From assembly GCA_004431415.1 (NCBI GenBank), contig QPMI01000190.1, forward strand, positions 1 to 64,000: a stretch of DNA of 64,000 nt, given 5' to 3'. Positions within the stretch are counted from its first letter, which is position 1, and every line of letters starts with the position of its first letter. Below the pieces are notes generated by a model that saw only the letters and a list, made by a program, of their open reading frames with translations, had not been told where the DNA came from and did no database searches. This document shows, in pieces, positions 1 through 11,484 of the stretch. The stretch is from Cyanophora paradoxa CCMP329. Taxonomy: Eukaryota > Plantae > Glaucophyta. Made by a program: the position numbers and the translations under genes.

Positions 1-1837
1 GGGCTCGGTGGGGTGGGCGGGGCCTCACGCGGGGGCGCGCAGGTGGACGTGCCCGACAACTTCGGCGCACGCCCCTCTCCTACGCCGCCAGCGCGGCGCC
101 ACCGTCCGCCCCGCCGCCGCCCCTCCCCCGCCGCCCCCGCGCGACGCCCGCGCAGGCGTGCGCGCTGCACCTGCTCGCGCGGCGGCCGCGGGGCGCGGCG
201 ATCGACTCGGCGGACCGGTTCGGGAACACGCCGCTGGGGTACGCGCTGCTCGCCGGCCACGCGCAGTTCGCCGTCACGCTCCTCTCGGCGCACGCCCCCG
301 TCGTCACCTCCACCATCTTCCCCCTCGAGGCCCGCCCCCTCGCCCCCCGGCCGGCCCCGCGTGCGAGCGCGGGGCGGGGCGCCGCTGAGGGCGCTCCTCC
401 CGCAGGTGCTGCACGTCAAGGACCGCAAGGCCCCCGGGGCCGAGGGCGACGACGAGGAGGGGGCCCTCGCGGTCCCGGCGCCCGGAGCCGAGGAGGAGGA
501 GGAGGAGGAGGAGGGGTCGGAGGACGGGGGCGGGTTCGGGGGCTTTGGGACGAAGGCGGGGGAGGAGAGGGCGGTGGCGGTCAAGGAGCGGGCGCGGGGG
601 ACGCGGGTGGAGGTGCGGGCGCTCGAGGGGACGAGCGCCTACTTCCAGGCCGTCCAGCGCGGCGCCGCAGGCGTATCCCACTTTCTCCTCTCGCGCGGCT
701 TTCCCGCCGCGCGCGCCCTGCGCGACTGCTGCGAGGCCGGCAAGTTCGCCGCCTTCGCGAGCCTCGTGGAGGAGACGGCGGAGGGGGCGGAGGGCGGGGC
801 GGACCCCGTGGCGGAGGTCCACGAGGGCCTCACCCTCCTCCACCAGCTCGCCCGCCACGGCGGGCCCCCCGAGGCCCTGCCCCTCGTCGCCGCCCGCGGC
901 GTGCCCCCCGCGCACACCGACAAGCGCGGCCGCACGGCGCTGCACTACGCCGCCGCCGGCCTGCGGGGCGGCCTCGTTGCTGCCCTCCTCGAGCTCGGCT
1001 GCCCCGCCGCGGCGCTGGACGCGGAGGGCGGGTCTGCCCTCCAGTACGCCCTCCTCTCCGACGCCGGCGCCCCGCCCCGGAGGCGGGCACGCCCCGCCCG
1101 CTGGCGGGCGCCCCGCCCGCGCCGGGGCGTGCACGAGGCCGAGACGAAGCGCGGGGCGCGGCTGCGGGAGGTGGAAGCGTGGCTGCCGGTGGCGAAGGCG
1201 CTGGCGGGGGCCGGGGCGCCGCTGGACGCGGCGTGGCGGTCGGAGACGGCGCTGGGGCGCGCCCTCGAGCTCGGCTGCGAGCGCGCGGCCACAGAGTCCT
1301 CGCCTCGGCGCCTCCCCGCTCGCCCCGACGGCACCGGCATGACCCGCTCATGCGCGCCGTGCGGAGCGGAGCCCGCCCTCGTCGACGCCGTCTCGAGGCC
1401 CTCGCAGCCACGACGCCGCCCGCCGCCTCCGAAGAAAGCCCGCCCGAGGCCCGCCCGGCGCCCTGGGGCGCGCGGGGCGGCGGTGAAGGAGGCGGTGACG
1501 GGGCGGACGGGCGGGGCCGGACGGTGCTGCACCACGTCGTCGCCCCCCTCGACTTCGCCTCCTTCGAGGACGTCGAGGCGCGGCCCCGAGCAGCGCGACC
1601 GCCGGCCGCCGCCGCAGCCGCTGCTCGTGCCGGCGCCTGACGCTGGGGCGCAGCTGCTGGAGCGGCTGGTGGCGCTGGGCGCCGACGTGAACGCGCGGGA
1701 CGGGGAGGGCGGGCCCCATCGAGCTCGCCCCGCGCAGCGCTCCCGCCCTCCGCGAGGCCTCCTCCGCCTCGGGGCGCCCCGCGCGCCCGTCGGCCATCGC
1801 CCCGCCCCCGCGAGCTCGCCTACGTGCGCGCCAGCCG

Positions 1838-1871
<34 letters not shown>

Positions 1872-4434
1872 TCGCACTCCCCTCGCTCCCCCCAGGCCCG
1901 CTCACGGGGGCGGGCAGGCGGGGGAGGGCGTGGACTTGCACGGGGACGGGGAGCGGGCGCTGGCGGGGGAGCGGGCGGTGGTGAAGCCGCTGGAGCCGGC
2001 CGTGGACCCCGTCTCCAAGCTCGAGGGCGACGTCCTCCGCATGCCCGACTACGCCCCCGCCCCCGCGCGACGGCACCGCCCCGCCCCCGCCCTCCCACGC
2101 CACCCCGCTCCCCCGCGCCTACGACGTCACCCTCATGAAGGCCGACGTCGAGAAGATGGGCTACGCGTGCGCCCACGGCGCCCAGCGCCCCGCATGCGCG
2201 CGGCCCGACACGGGCGGGGCACGCAGGGCGCTGGTCTTCTACCGGATGCAGATCGTGCACAACGCCTTCCAGGGCCTGCACGTCCTCTTCACCCGCTGGG
2301 GGCCCCTGGGGCAGCAGGGCCAGCACCAGCGCACCCCCTTCCCCTCCCGCGCCGACGCCGTCGCCGAGTTCGAGAAGATCTTCCGGCGCGCCCCCTCCGA
2401 TCCCTCCGCACCGCCACACCGCCCGCTCACGCGCGCCCCTGGCCCGCCCGCCCCGCAGGCAGAAGACGGGGAACACGTGGGCGTCTGCGGTGGCGGAGCC
2501 GCCGACGTTCGAGAAGAAGCCGCGGCGGTACCAGCTCGTGCGGCGGCCCCTCTACTCGGTCGACTACCGCGAGAGCCTCAAGCCCTCGCTCCTCCTCGCC
2601 GGCAAGGCGGCCGGCCTCGCGCCGGCCCTGCGGCGCACGCTGCGGCACCTCTCGAGCGTGCAGATGCTGCGGGAGGCGCAGAAGGCCGGCACGGGGGTGA
2701 ACCCACACGTGATGCCCCTGGGGCGGCTGGCGCCGGAGAGCGTGGAGAAGGCCTTCGGGAAGCTCGCGGAGATCGAGGCGGCCGTCAAGGAGCGCACCGC
2801 CCTCTCCAAGGCCGGCAAGACCAGGGAGACCGTCGACAAGCTCGAGGAGGCGCGCCCTCGCGCACGCGCCCCGGCTGCGGGGGCTGATGGGCGTGGGGCG
2901 GGGGCAGCTGGGGCGGCTGACGAGCGAGTTCTACGAGCTGATCCCCCCCGCCACCAACTCGCTCGACCCGCCCCGCCACATCATCGACCAGAACGCGCGC
3001 CCCCTCCCCCATCCTCCCCGCCCGCCCCCCCTGCCGCCGAAGCCACCGCCCGCGGGCTCGCTGGGGCTGAAGGGGAGGGCAGGGGGTGAACGCGGCGCGG
3101 GAGCTGCTGCAGACGCTGCGCGACGTCGCCGTCACCGCCAAGCTCCTCCTCGCCGCCCAGGCCCGCCCCCGCCCCGCCCCGTCCAGCGCACGGCGGCCCT
3201 CGATGGCGACGCTGTGGGCAGGCGGGGGCGACGGCACTGCACCCGCTGGAGTACGTGTACCGGGCGCTGGAGTGCCGCCTCGAGCGGGTCGACCCGCGCG
3301 GCGACCCCCGCGACGCCGCCGAGCTCCGCCTCCTCGCCCAATACGCCGCGTCCGCCGCCCCCCGCCCCGCCTCGCGCCCGGCTCGAGAGGGGGCGCGGCA
3401 GGCACACGGGCGGGGAGGGCGTGCGCATCCTCTCCGCCTTCCGCGTCGCCCGCCGCGGCGAGCACGAGCGGTTCGCCAGTGCGCACCACGCCCCGCCCCC
3501 CCAATTGCGCGGCGCGAATTTTGCGGCGCGAGAGCGGGCCGGGGCTGCAACGAGCAGAGCACGCGGACAAGGAGCGGCGGCTGCTGTGGCACGGGACGCG
3601 GACGCAGAACGTGCTCGGCATCCTGCGGCAGGGCCTCCGCATCGCCCCCGCCAACGCCGACTGCAGCGGCGCCAGTGCGCCTTCCCCCCCCCCCCCCCCC
3701 CCCCTCACCCACCCACCCGCCCCCACCACTCCGTCGACGCCTCCTCCTCCTCGTGCGCTGCGCAGTGTTCGGGGCGGGCCTCTACTTCGCGGACCTGCTC
3801 GACAAGAGCATGGGCTACTCGAGCGGGGGCGGCTTCACGCGCGTGCAGCCGGCGCGCGCCGGCGGGGCCGGCGGGGCGACGTACTTCTACGACGAGGACG
3901 ACCCGAGCGACGGGGAGGGGGCCGACGAGACGGTGCTCGCGGGGCCCCGCAAGGGCGCGGCGGCGGCCGGCGGCGGTCTCCCCGTCCCCGCGTACGTCTT
4001 CCTGTGCGACGTGGCGGTCGGGCGCATGTGCGAGCTCTTCGAGGCCGACAACGCCATGACCGCCCCCAAGGAGGGCTACGACTCCACCCTCGCCCCGGGC
4101 AAGGAAGCCGGTGCGGCCCTCTCCCGCCTCGCCCCGTCGGAGGGCGCCTCTGCTGAGGCCGGGGGGCAGCGGACTGGTCGCGGACGGCGACGCTGCCGTC
4201 GGGGGCGAAGGTGCCGTTCGGGCGGCGGGTGAAGACGGGCGCCAAGGGCCCCAACGGCAACGAGCCCGCCCTCCGCGCCAGCGAGTACATCGTCTACGAC
4301 GTCGAGCAGGCCCGCCCCGCCCGCACCCTCCCCCTCGCCCTTCCTCGCCCTCGCCTCCCCTCCCCTCCCCCTCACTCGTTGCCGCGCAGGTCAAGATCGC
4401 CTACATGCTCGAGATCGTGAATTCGAAGGAGTAG
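1..4434 (+). CDS. Poly(ADP-ribose) polymerase with N-terminal ankyrin repeats, WGR, regulatory and catalytic domains (5' end outside window; multi-exon)
   Basis: Ankyrin motifs (GNTPLGYA, GRTALHYAAA, GRTVLHHVV); WGR domain (FYRMQIV..LFTRWG..F..FEKIFRQKTGNTW); regulatory domain (LTSEFYELIP, HPLEYVYRALEC); catalytic LLWHGTR..NVLGILRQGLRIAP, GAMFGAGLYFAD..KSMGY, SEYIVYDVEQVKIAYMLEI; stop TAG 4432-4434. Apparent frameshift errors at about 1.3-2.1 kb. Confidence 0.9.
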
Positions 4435-5278
4435 GCACAGCCCTGAGGCGGCGCTAGCGCTTGCCCTTCTGATTTCGCGCCCGGCCTCCTTTTTGAATTC
4501 GAAAATTTCTGCTTGTGCCCCTAGATCTCTCTGTCCGATTTAATTTGTGTAAGATCAAGAGCTCCGGACCGGTTCTATCTTGCATAAACGGTTCTAATCA
4601 TTGGGGAAGGACCCCCTTCCCCTTCCCCCACTTAGGGGTGTTCGGGTGCCCACCCTAGGCCAAAATGAAATGTCCCGATCTCCCAAAACCCGGGTTTTCT
4701 CGCCGGATCCTAGCAAGGCATGTCCCTAGGAGTCCGAAAACGTGTGCCGGAAGTTCTGGGTCCTATCCGGTGAACCAGGAATGGGCAATAACACGTTTTC
4801 AAAAAATGCAACCTAGCGCCTCACCAGGTGGCGGTATATCTGCCTGACCAAGTGCGCCTGAATGCGCCTGATACGCCCGATGATTCATGTCATACATGCC
4901 GAGAGCAGAGGGGCACAGGGTGGCCCGCTAGACCGCCTCAAGTACCTGTTGTACCGAGCGCCGAAAAAAATTGCTCCTGCGAGTTGGATTTTTTCGAGAC
5001 TCGAGCAGGGGGGGAATGGAGCCAATTGCTGGGTGTTGCACCTCTAATACATGTACTCCCGTGCCACGTAGCAGAAAGAGGTTGCGGAGTTCTAATTCAT
5101 GATCGGCTCGGGCCGTGTCCCAGTCCCCCCTCGGACACGGGGGCGCGGGCCGGGCGTCTGGACACGGGAAGGATGGCCTCGGGCACGGCAGCGTTAGAGC
5201 CTGTTCCCAGGAGAAGCGTTAGATCTTTTGGCGGGATCTTTCGGTCGCGATCTTTGCAGCACGCCGTGACGAGCAAAG

Positions 5279-6180
5279 ATGTCTCGTTGCGCGTACTGCA
5301 GCGCAGAGCAAGATGTCTTCATGCGGCTCGCCAGTAAGACCTGGTGCGGGGCATGCGAGCAGGGTCGGCAGGTGCAGCAGACGTACACTAGCTGCCAGTG
5401 CGATCCGCGCAACGCCCATCGCGGGCACTGTCCTGGTACCAGCGGAAGCGGCGCCGCAGCTGCGGCGTCCCGCAGCGCTAGCGCTAGCGCGAGCGGGCCT
5501 CTGCCTGGCGCCTATGTCGTCCCGCCGGCAGAGCGCCGGCACCTCCGGCGCCATCGAATGCGACTCAGCCAGCAGCAAACGCAGCCGATGAAGAGGAGGG
5601 CAGCGAATTCGTAGCCGGGCCGGGGCGCCCGTCGCGATATGGGGCCGCTCCCGATCGCACGTCGACTACCAGCAAGCGGTACACGATGCGCCTGACGTAC
5701 GACGCGTTCGTGAACGACCTCAGCGTCGTGCATGCGTGCAACATCGAGGAGGAGCTCGACCAGACCGACATATACGCAGTGCTGATGTGGGATCGCGAGA
5801 GGAAGGCGGCGGTCGCGGCGAAGAACAAGGAGAAGATGAAGGAGCTGGACGCAAACAAGCCGGAGTGTAAGGCGCGCGGCCACGCGAAGCTGAAGGGGAA
5901 GCCCCCGAAGGAGAAGCGCAAGCAGCGTCCGGATCCAGCGGCAGCCGAAGCTGCAGCTGGCGAGGACGCGGACGCGGCTGAAGCTGCTGAAGAGGACGCG
6001 GCTGCAGCCCGGCGGCTGCGGAAGAGGGACGACGGGCGCCGCGCCCGGCGTCTGGAGAAGTACACGCTGGCGGAGCACCCCAACCCGGACGGCGAAGGGC
6101 ACGTGCTCGTGATGCAGGAGACGAAGGTCCCCGCGAAGCGTGCCAAGAACAAGTCTGGTGGAGACGCTGCCACTGCACCG
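5279..6180 (+). pseudogene. Element-borne ORF fragment(s): Cys-rich N-terminus and Lys/Glu-rich region, possibly the N-terminal part of an integrase/transposase
   Basis: ORF 5279-5614 (CAYC..CGAC..CQC) and ORF 5686 onward (YDAFVND...RRARRLEKYTLAEHPNPDGEGHVLV) look protein-like; coding character ends near 6170; no DDE motif seen. Confidence 0.4.
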
Positions 6181-7021
6181 AAAGACGTGCGCATCCTTCC
6201 GAGGAACGCCCAGGAGGTCTTCGAAATTATCTCCGTGCGCACTCGTGTCCCTACCGTTTCCACCACCTTGTCGACGGGCATCCCCTGGAAGATGCCTTTC
6301 TTGTCCAGCACCGTGAGCATGCGCTTGTAGGGTTCATCCGGCTTGCGCCGCTTTCCAGTTCCCTCCTCCTCCGACTCCTCTGCTGGCGACGCTGCAGCTG
6401 GCGCCGCCGGTGCCGCCGGCGCTGCTGGCTGGGGCGCTATCGCGATAGGCCTGGGGGCCTCCTGCGCGAAGCCGGTCGCGGGCAGTTTGAGAACGGGCGC
6501 GCGCTCGCATGCGCACCTCTTTTGGAAGGCCGAAGTAGTCCAGGTCCGGGCTCGGCGCATCGGCGCCGTTAGGCGTGCAGACGACGCTGAGCCTGTAGTA
6601 CTCGGGCAGCCTTGGATCGCCGGTCGCAAGCCATCTCGGACGCTGCGGATGCGCAGCGCAGCCTCAACTGCTGGCGAGCGCGCAGCGCGAAGCGCGCGCG
6701 GGCAGGATTCCGACGCACATTGAAGGGGAGCCTGTGAAATGGCGGCTGCCCGTGCTTTGGCGGCAGCGCCTGGTAGAATCGTATGCCCGATTCATCCTTC
6801 ACGTCCGCTGCTAGAGCTTTGATGTCCTTCAGCTCGTCTAGCACAGGCTGCATGGTGTCCGGCAGGCAGCCGTGGAAGGGCATCACGCTGCAGGGAATCT
6901 TCGGATCGCCGCCGAATTCGTCTACGTTTTGGATGCTGGTGTGCACAAACAAGTTAAGTGTCCACACTACAAGCGGCTGTTCCGGCGCCGGCGCAGGCGG
7001 AGGCTCCGGCGCTCCCGCCAT
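6180..7021 (-). pseudogene. Second element-borne ORF fragment, convergent with the first
   Basis: MAGAPEPP..VVWTLNLFVH..IRFYQALPP and ..KRRKPDEPYKRMLTVLDKKGIFQGMPVDKVVETVG..; protein-like; ends where the + strand fragment ends. Confidence 0.4.
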
Positions 7022-7659
7022 CGGACACGGCTACTGGACACGGAGCAACAGGTTCAGTCTCTAACTATTGTGGGACACGAGCTCCGCCCTCGCCCCCGTG
7101 TCCGGAGGGGGGACTGGGACACGGCCCGAGCCGATCATGAATTAGAACTCCGCAACCTCTTTCTGCTACGTGGCACGGGAGTACATGTATTAGAGGTGCA
7201 ACACTGGGTACGAGCGCACGATTTAGCCGGCAAGCTGGGCAACTAGCTGAGCTCCGGCTGTCGGCTTGCTGCAGCTGGACTTCATGATCAGCCGCGCGAA
7301 GTTCAGCGCGTGGCGTCCGTCGGCCGCGCTCGCCCGGGCCGGGCCGCTCGAGCCTCACTCCTCGCTCGTGCGCTCGCCGCGCGCGGCGCTGCCGTCGGCG
7401 CTGCCACGCTTCACGCTCCGCCGATTCCGGCCGCACCAGGTACGAACCCGTCCTCCTCCGCCGCGCCGCCCTCTCACTTCCCGCGACCGCGGCCGCGAGA
7501 CGCAGCAGCGAACGTCGCAGCTGCAGCTGGGCATCAAACTCGCATCTGTTCCATCGGTGCGCATGCTGCACAGCTGTGCTCGTCGCTCCCTCGAGCTCTG
7601 CCGCGGCCGCGGGGGGAAGGTCTGCCGCTGCGCCTAGCCTCCCGGGTCCGCCCGCGCCG

Positions 7660-8117
7660 ACGCCGGCCAACGCCGGCGCGGCGGCGCGGCCGCCGGGATC
7701 CTCCCGCTCCTCGGGGGCGAAGGCGTAGCGGGCGGCGGCGCGGCTCGCCGGGCAGGGCGGAGGCGCGGCGGGCGGCGGCGCCGGCGCGGCTCGCCGGGCG
7801 GGACGGAGGCGCGGCGGGCGGTGGCGGCGGCGCGGCGCGCCGGCCAGGGCGGAGGCGCGGCGGGCGGCGGCGCCGGTGCGGCTCGCCGGGCGGGACGGAG
7901 GCGCAGCGGGCGGCGGCGCCCGGCGGCCGGCGCGGCTCGCCGGGCGGGGCGGAGGCGCGGCGTGCGGCGGCGCAGCTCGCCGGGCGGGGCGGGAGGCGCT
8001 GCGGGCGGCGGAGCGGCTCGACGGGCGCGTCTCGACGGTCAGGGCGGAGGCGCGTTCGGGGGCGGCGCGGCTCGCAGGGCGGGGCGCCGCGGCGGAGGCG
8101 CGGCGGGCGGCGGCGCT
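7660..8117 (+). repeat. GC-rich minisatellite, about 40-45-bp unit (GCGCGGCTCGCCGGGCGGGRCGGAGGCGCGGCGGGCGGC)
   Basis: About 9-10 degenerate tandem units; the same core occurs in reverse orientation at 41630-41880 and 43130-44190. Confidence 0.85.
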
Positions 8118-8529
8118 TCTCAAGATCTAGCTATAGTCCTCCGCTGAGCTAGATCTCGTCCTCCCCCACCCCTCCCCTTCCTCCCCCATGATCGAGCTGC
8201 TATCAGAGTCCACACTATATATATCTCGGCTCAAAGATAACGTGATCATGACCAGCCGCAGGGGTTAATAACTTTCAGAACTTAAGAGGTCCTTCCCCTT
8301 CAACAGGGGCAGTGCAACTGCAGTGTCCCTGTTCCGTTCATTAATGGTTCGATGATTCAATGATTCAACGGTTTAGAGGTTCAGAAACAAGGGTAAAGCC
8401 TCGACGTGCAGCTACTGCAGCTACGACGTCGTCTATACTCGGTTAGCTATAGGGCCACTTTTTCAGGAGTCATTTGGTCCGGGGCACGCCGTGACGCGTC
8501 CACTGGCCATAGGTGACGGTTGCTGGCAC

Positions 8530-11402
8530 TCACGTGGCGGGTGCGGTAGGAGCGCGGGGGGCGGGGGATGCGGAGGGCGGATCGCGAGGTCCCCCGTGGG
8601 CGGGGGGCCACGGGGAGGCGTTGGACGGGGGGGATGCCGAGGCGAAGGCGGAGGCGGAGAGGAGGGAGGGGGACCAGGAGAGCTCGGCGAGGCTGAGGGG
8701 CAGGGAGCCGCGCGCCGAGCCGGAGCCCGAGCCGGCGTCGGCGTCCACGGCGCTCACGTCCAGCTCGCCCTCCCACCCCGCGCCCTCGAGGCCTAGGCCT
8801 AGGCCCCTCTGCTCCTCGCGCGCACCCGCCGCCCTCGCCTCGAGCTCCTCGCTCTCCAGCGGCCCATAGCCATAGCTGGGCCTGCGCGGCATACAACAAG
8901 CACGAACGTTAACTGGTGATCGATTCGCCGTGTCTCTTTTCTCAAGTCTCAAGCTTAAGAAGGCGCAGGAGATAGTTTAAAAATTTTGCGGCGTCTCTGT
9001 ACATGTCTTAAGCTTGCGCATTCGATGCACTTTTGTCGCGAGAGATTTAATTTCAAGTTTACGGGTCTTATGACGTCGACCATGATCACGAGGAGGCGCG
9101 AGTGTCGGGGCATACTCACCCGCGTCCCGGGGAGCCGAGGCCCGATCGCGAGCAGCGGCCGGCAGCGGGGGCGGGGGATCCGGAGCGGAGGTGGAGGTCG
9201 TGGTGGGAGGCGCGGACCCAGTCGGGGCGGGCGCCGAGGCCCCCCGAGGCCTCCGGATCCTCCATCGGCCCGCACGCCCCCTCCTCCCCCTCCGGCTCCA
9301 GCCTGCCCCCCGGCCCAAAACTTAGGCCGATCGATATCGCGAGGTCCAGCTGCAGATCTCGATCTAAATTTTGATCTAGATCTAGAGCCAAGATGTAGCG
9401 GGCCGGGCCGGGGAGCTCGAGCTGATCATGATGGGGAGGGGGAGCGGACGCGGAGGTGTCGGCGCTGTCCGGGAGGCTCTCGTCGAGGAGGCCGCGCAGC
9501 TGCGCCTCGCTCTCCTGCGCGAGCCGCACGGCCGCCCGCCCCGCCGAGTCCGCCTCCTCCCGCACCCGCCGCCACCCGCGCGCCGTCTCCTTCCGCCAGC
9601 GCCGCAGCATCTGCGCCCCGAGCCGGATCGACGCGAAGCGGAAGCCGGGGCGCGCTTCGTGCGGGCCTTCATGGCGCGGTCGCGCTCGCGCTGCGCCGAG
9701 GCGAGCCGCCCCGCCATCTCCTTCTCCACCTCCTCCCGCCGCTCCCGCTCCCCCCGCGCCTCCTCCCGCGCCCCCTTCGCCTGCTCCTCCCAGTCCCCCG
9801 CCGCCCGCCGCTGCGCCGGCCGCGGGGCGGCAGATTAGCACGTGCACCGATCGCCATCGCGAGCACCGCGAGAGGAGAGGGGGGGGGGGGGGGGGGGGGG
9901 GGGGGGCGGGGGGGGGGGGCGGGACGGGGCCGGCCATGCTGTCGATGTACTCCTCGAGCCTGGCGACGTCCTCCTCCGCCGCCGTCTTCGCCCGCGCCTT
10001 CCATTCCCGCACCCCCGGCTGCGCACGCCATCGATATACACCCGTACCCTAGGCCTCATAATTCGCGAGGGCGCCTAAGCCTCGCGCGCCTCGCTTAAAA
10101 CTATATAGCTAGCTATAGCCGCAGCGCGAAATTTCAAATTAAAGGCACGAACCTGGAGCTGCGTCGCAATCTCGCCCAGCTGCTGCGCCACCATCTTCAT
10201 CACGTTCTGCACCGCTCCGGATCCGCCCGCGGGTACTGCAGCCCGCGCCCGCGACTCCGGTTTCGCAGGCGGAGCCTCCGGATCCGCCCGCGAATTTGAA
10301 ACAGCGAATTTCGCCGGAGGCGGCTGCCCATGGCCAATTGCAACACCATCGATATCGCCGGCGTCGGCGGCGGCCGCGGCGGCACTGCCGCCGCCGGATC
10401 CGGATCCGGAGCGGCGGGCGCTGGATTGCGAGGCTTGCTTCTTGAGCAGGTGGACGCTCGCGAGGATCTTGCGGAGCTCCTCAAGGTGCCCCTCGCGCTC
10501 CCGCACGAGCCGCGCGCCGCGCTGCGCGTCCCGCAGCTTCTCCAGCCACGAGAAAAGGCGAATCAGCTCGTCCGCGATGTCTAGGTGCGTGCACGTGCTC
10601 CCCGCCGGCGCCACGGGACGCTTTGAATCTTGCGCCTGCTCTAGATCTACAGCTGCTGCACCGCGGCCGGTGATCGTGGAGCGGCCGATGTTGGCTGTGC
10701 CCATTGCGCTTGCCCTGGTCGATCGCGACCCGGACGTACGTATACGCGTCGCGCGCTCCGGATCCGCGTTGAGCTCGACGGCCACCGGTACCGGCCGCGG
10801 GGCAGCTTGCGAAACCTTGACACGGGAAGCGGCCGAATTGGCTTGCCGAACGGACAGGGGCTTCAAAGTCGATGCTGTGAAGATAGCGTGCGGCTGCAGC
10901 TGAGAGCCTGCAGCTGAGCCGAGACCGCTGCTTCGGAGCGTCTTCTTCCATTCCGCACTGGAGACAGAGCCAGATTGCCCGCCGGCGGACGCCACTGGGC
11001 GCTGGAAAGGGGCGACTGCAGGCCTTCCCGAGAGCGGCTTTGACATACGCTGCAGCTGATCATGAAGAGCATCGTTCTTGGCGGTCGCCGCGAGCTCGTC
11101 GAAAAGGGACCGATTCTGTGAGCGGGCCCCGGCCCCGGCGGCCCGGAAGCGCGAAAATTTCAGACAACTTGAAATCCACGCCTTGAGCCCGCGAAAGGAG
11201 CTACGTATACCTTGGAAACGTTTGACTTCTGGCGTAGTTCTTCGAGCGTGGGCGACAACTGGAGGCGGCGCGAAACGGGGATCCGGAGACGATTTTCCTT
11301 GTCCTCGACGGGGCTCCCCATGGCCATTCGCGCTCTGGAGAACTGCGAATCCGCGCGTTCGATAATTCGTCGCCGCGGCCGCGGCGACGCACGCTCACCA
11401 TG
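8530..11402 (-). CDS. Hypothetical coiled-coil protein with an N-terminal KEN motif (multi-exon)
   Basis: Spliced path M|FSRARMAMGSPVEDKENRLR..SK|NRSLFDELAATAK..LEELRKILAS..LQ|PGVREWKARAK..EKEMAGRLASAQRERD..; low-complexity tail to the stop at 8530. Confidence 0.55.
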
Positions 11403-11484
11403 ATGCTCGATCCAGCCGGCACGACCTCGCGTGCTGTTCCGAGCGCCAATTCCGGCACGTTGCAGCGCCGCTGGCTGCGATCAA

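Larger units (their letters stand above)
5034..7203. mobile_element. Ginger/TDD-like TIR transposon, internally deleted
   Basis: About 112-bp near-perfect TIRs (5034-5145 and 7091-7203), TGT...ACA termini, 5-bp TSD CTGGG (5029-5033 and 7204-7208); convergent ORF fragments inside. Confidence 0.85.
4603..8298. mobile_element. Putative non-autonomous DNA transposon with GGGG...CCCC ends, hosting a nested element
   Basis: 11-bp inverted termini GGGGAAGGACC (4603-4613) and GGTCCTTCCCC (8288-8298), TT on both flanks; the reconstructed empty site aatcattcaac resembles nearby aatgattcaac; AT-richer subterminal regions; GC minisatellite inside. Confidence 0.45.

Noticed and set aside
2053-2118. Intron-like segment with no AG acceptor (similar case at about 1067-1126)
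   Set aside because: The region shows apparent homopolymer deletion errors (e.g. GMT[P]LMRAV near 1345), so an assembly error is more likely than a novel acceptor; raw reads are needed.
10040-10060. 1-nt micro-exon (AG-G-GT) in the coiled-coil gene
   Set aside because: Direct phase-0 splicing already keeps the frame; including the base would break it.
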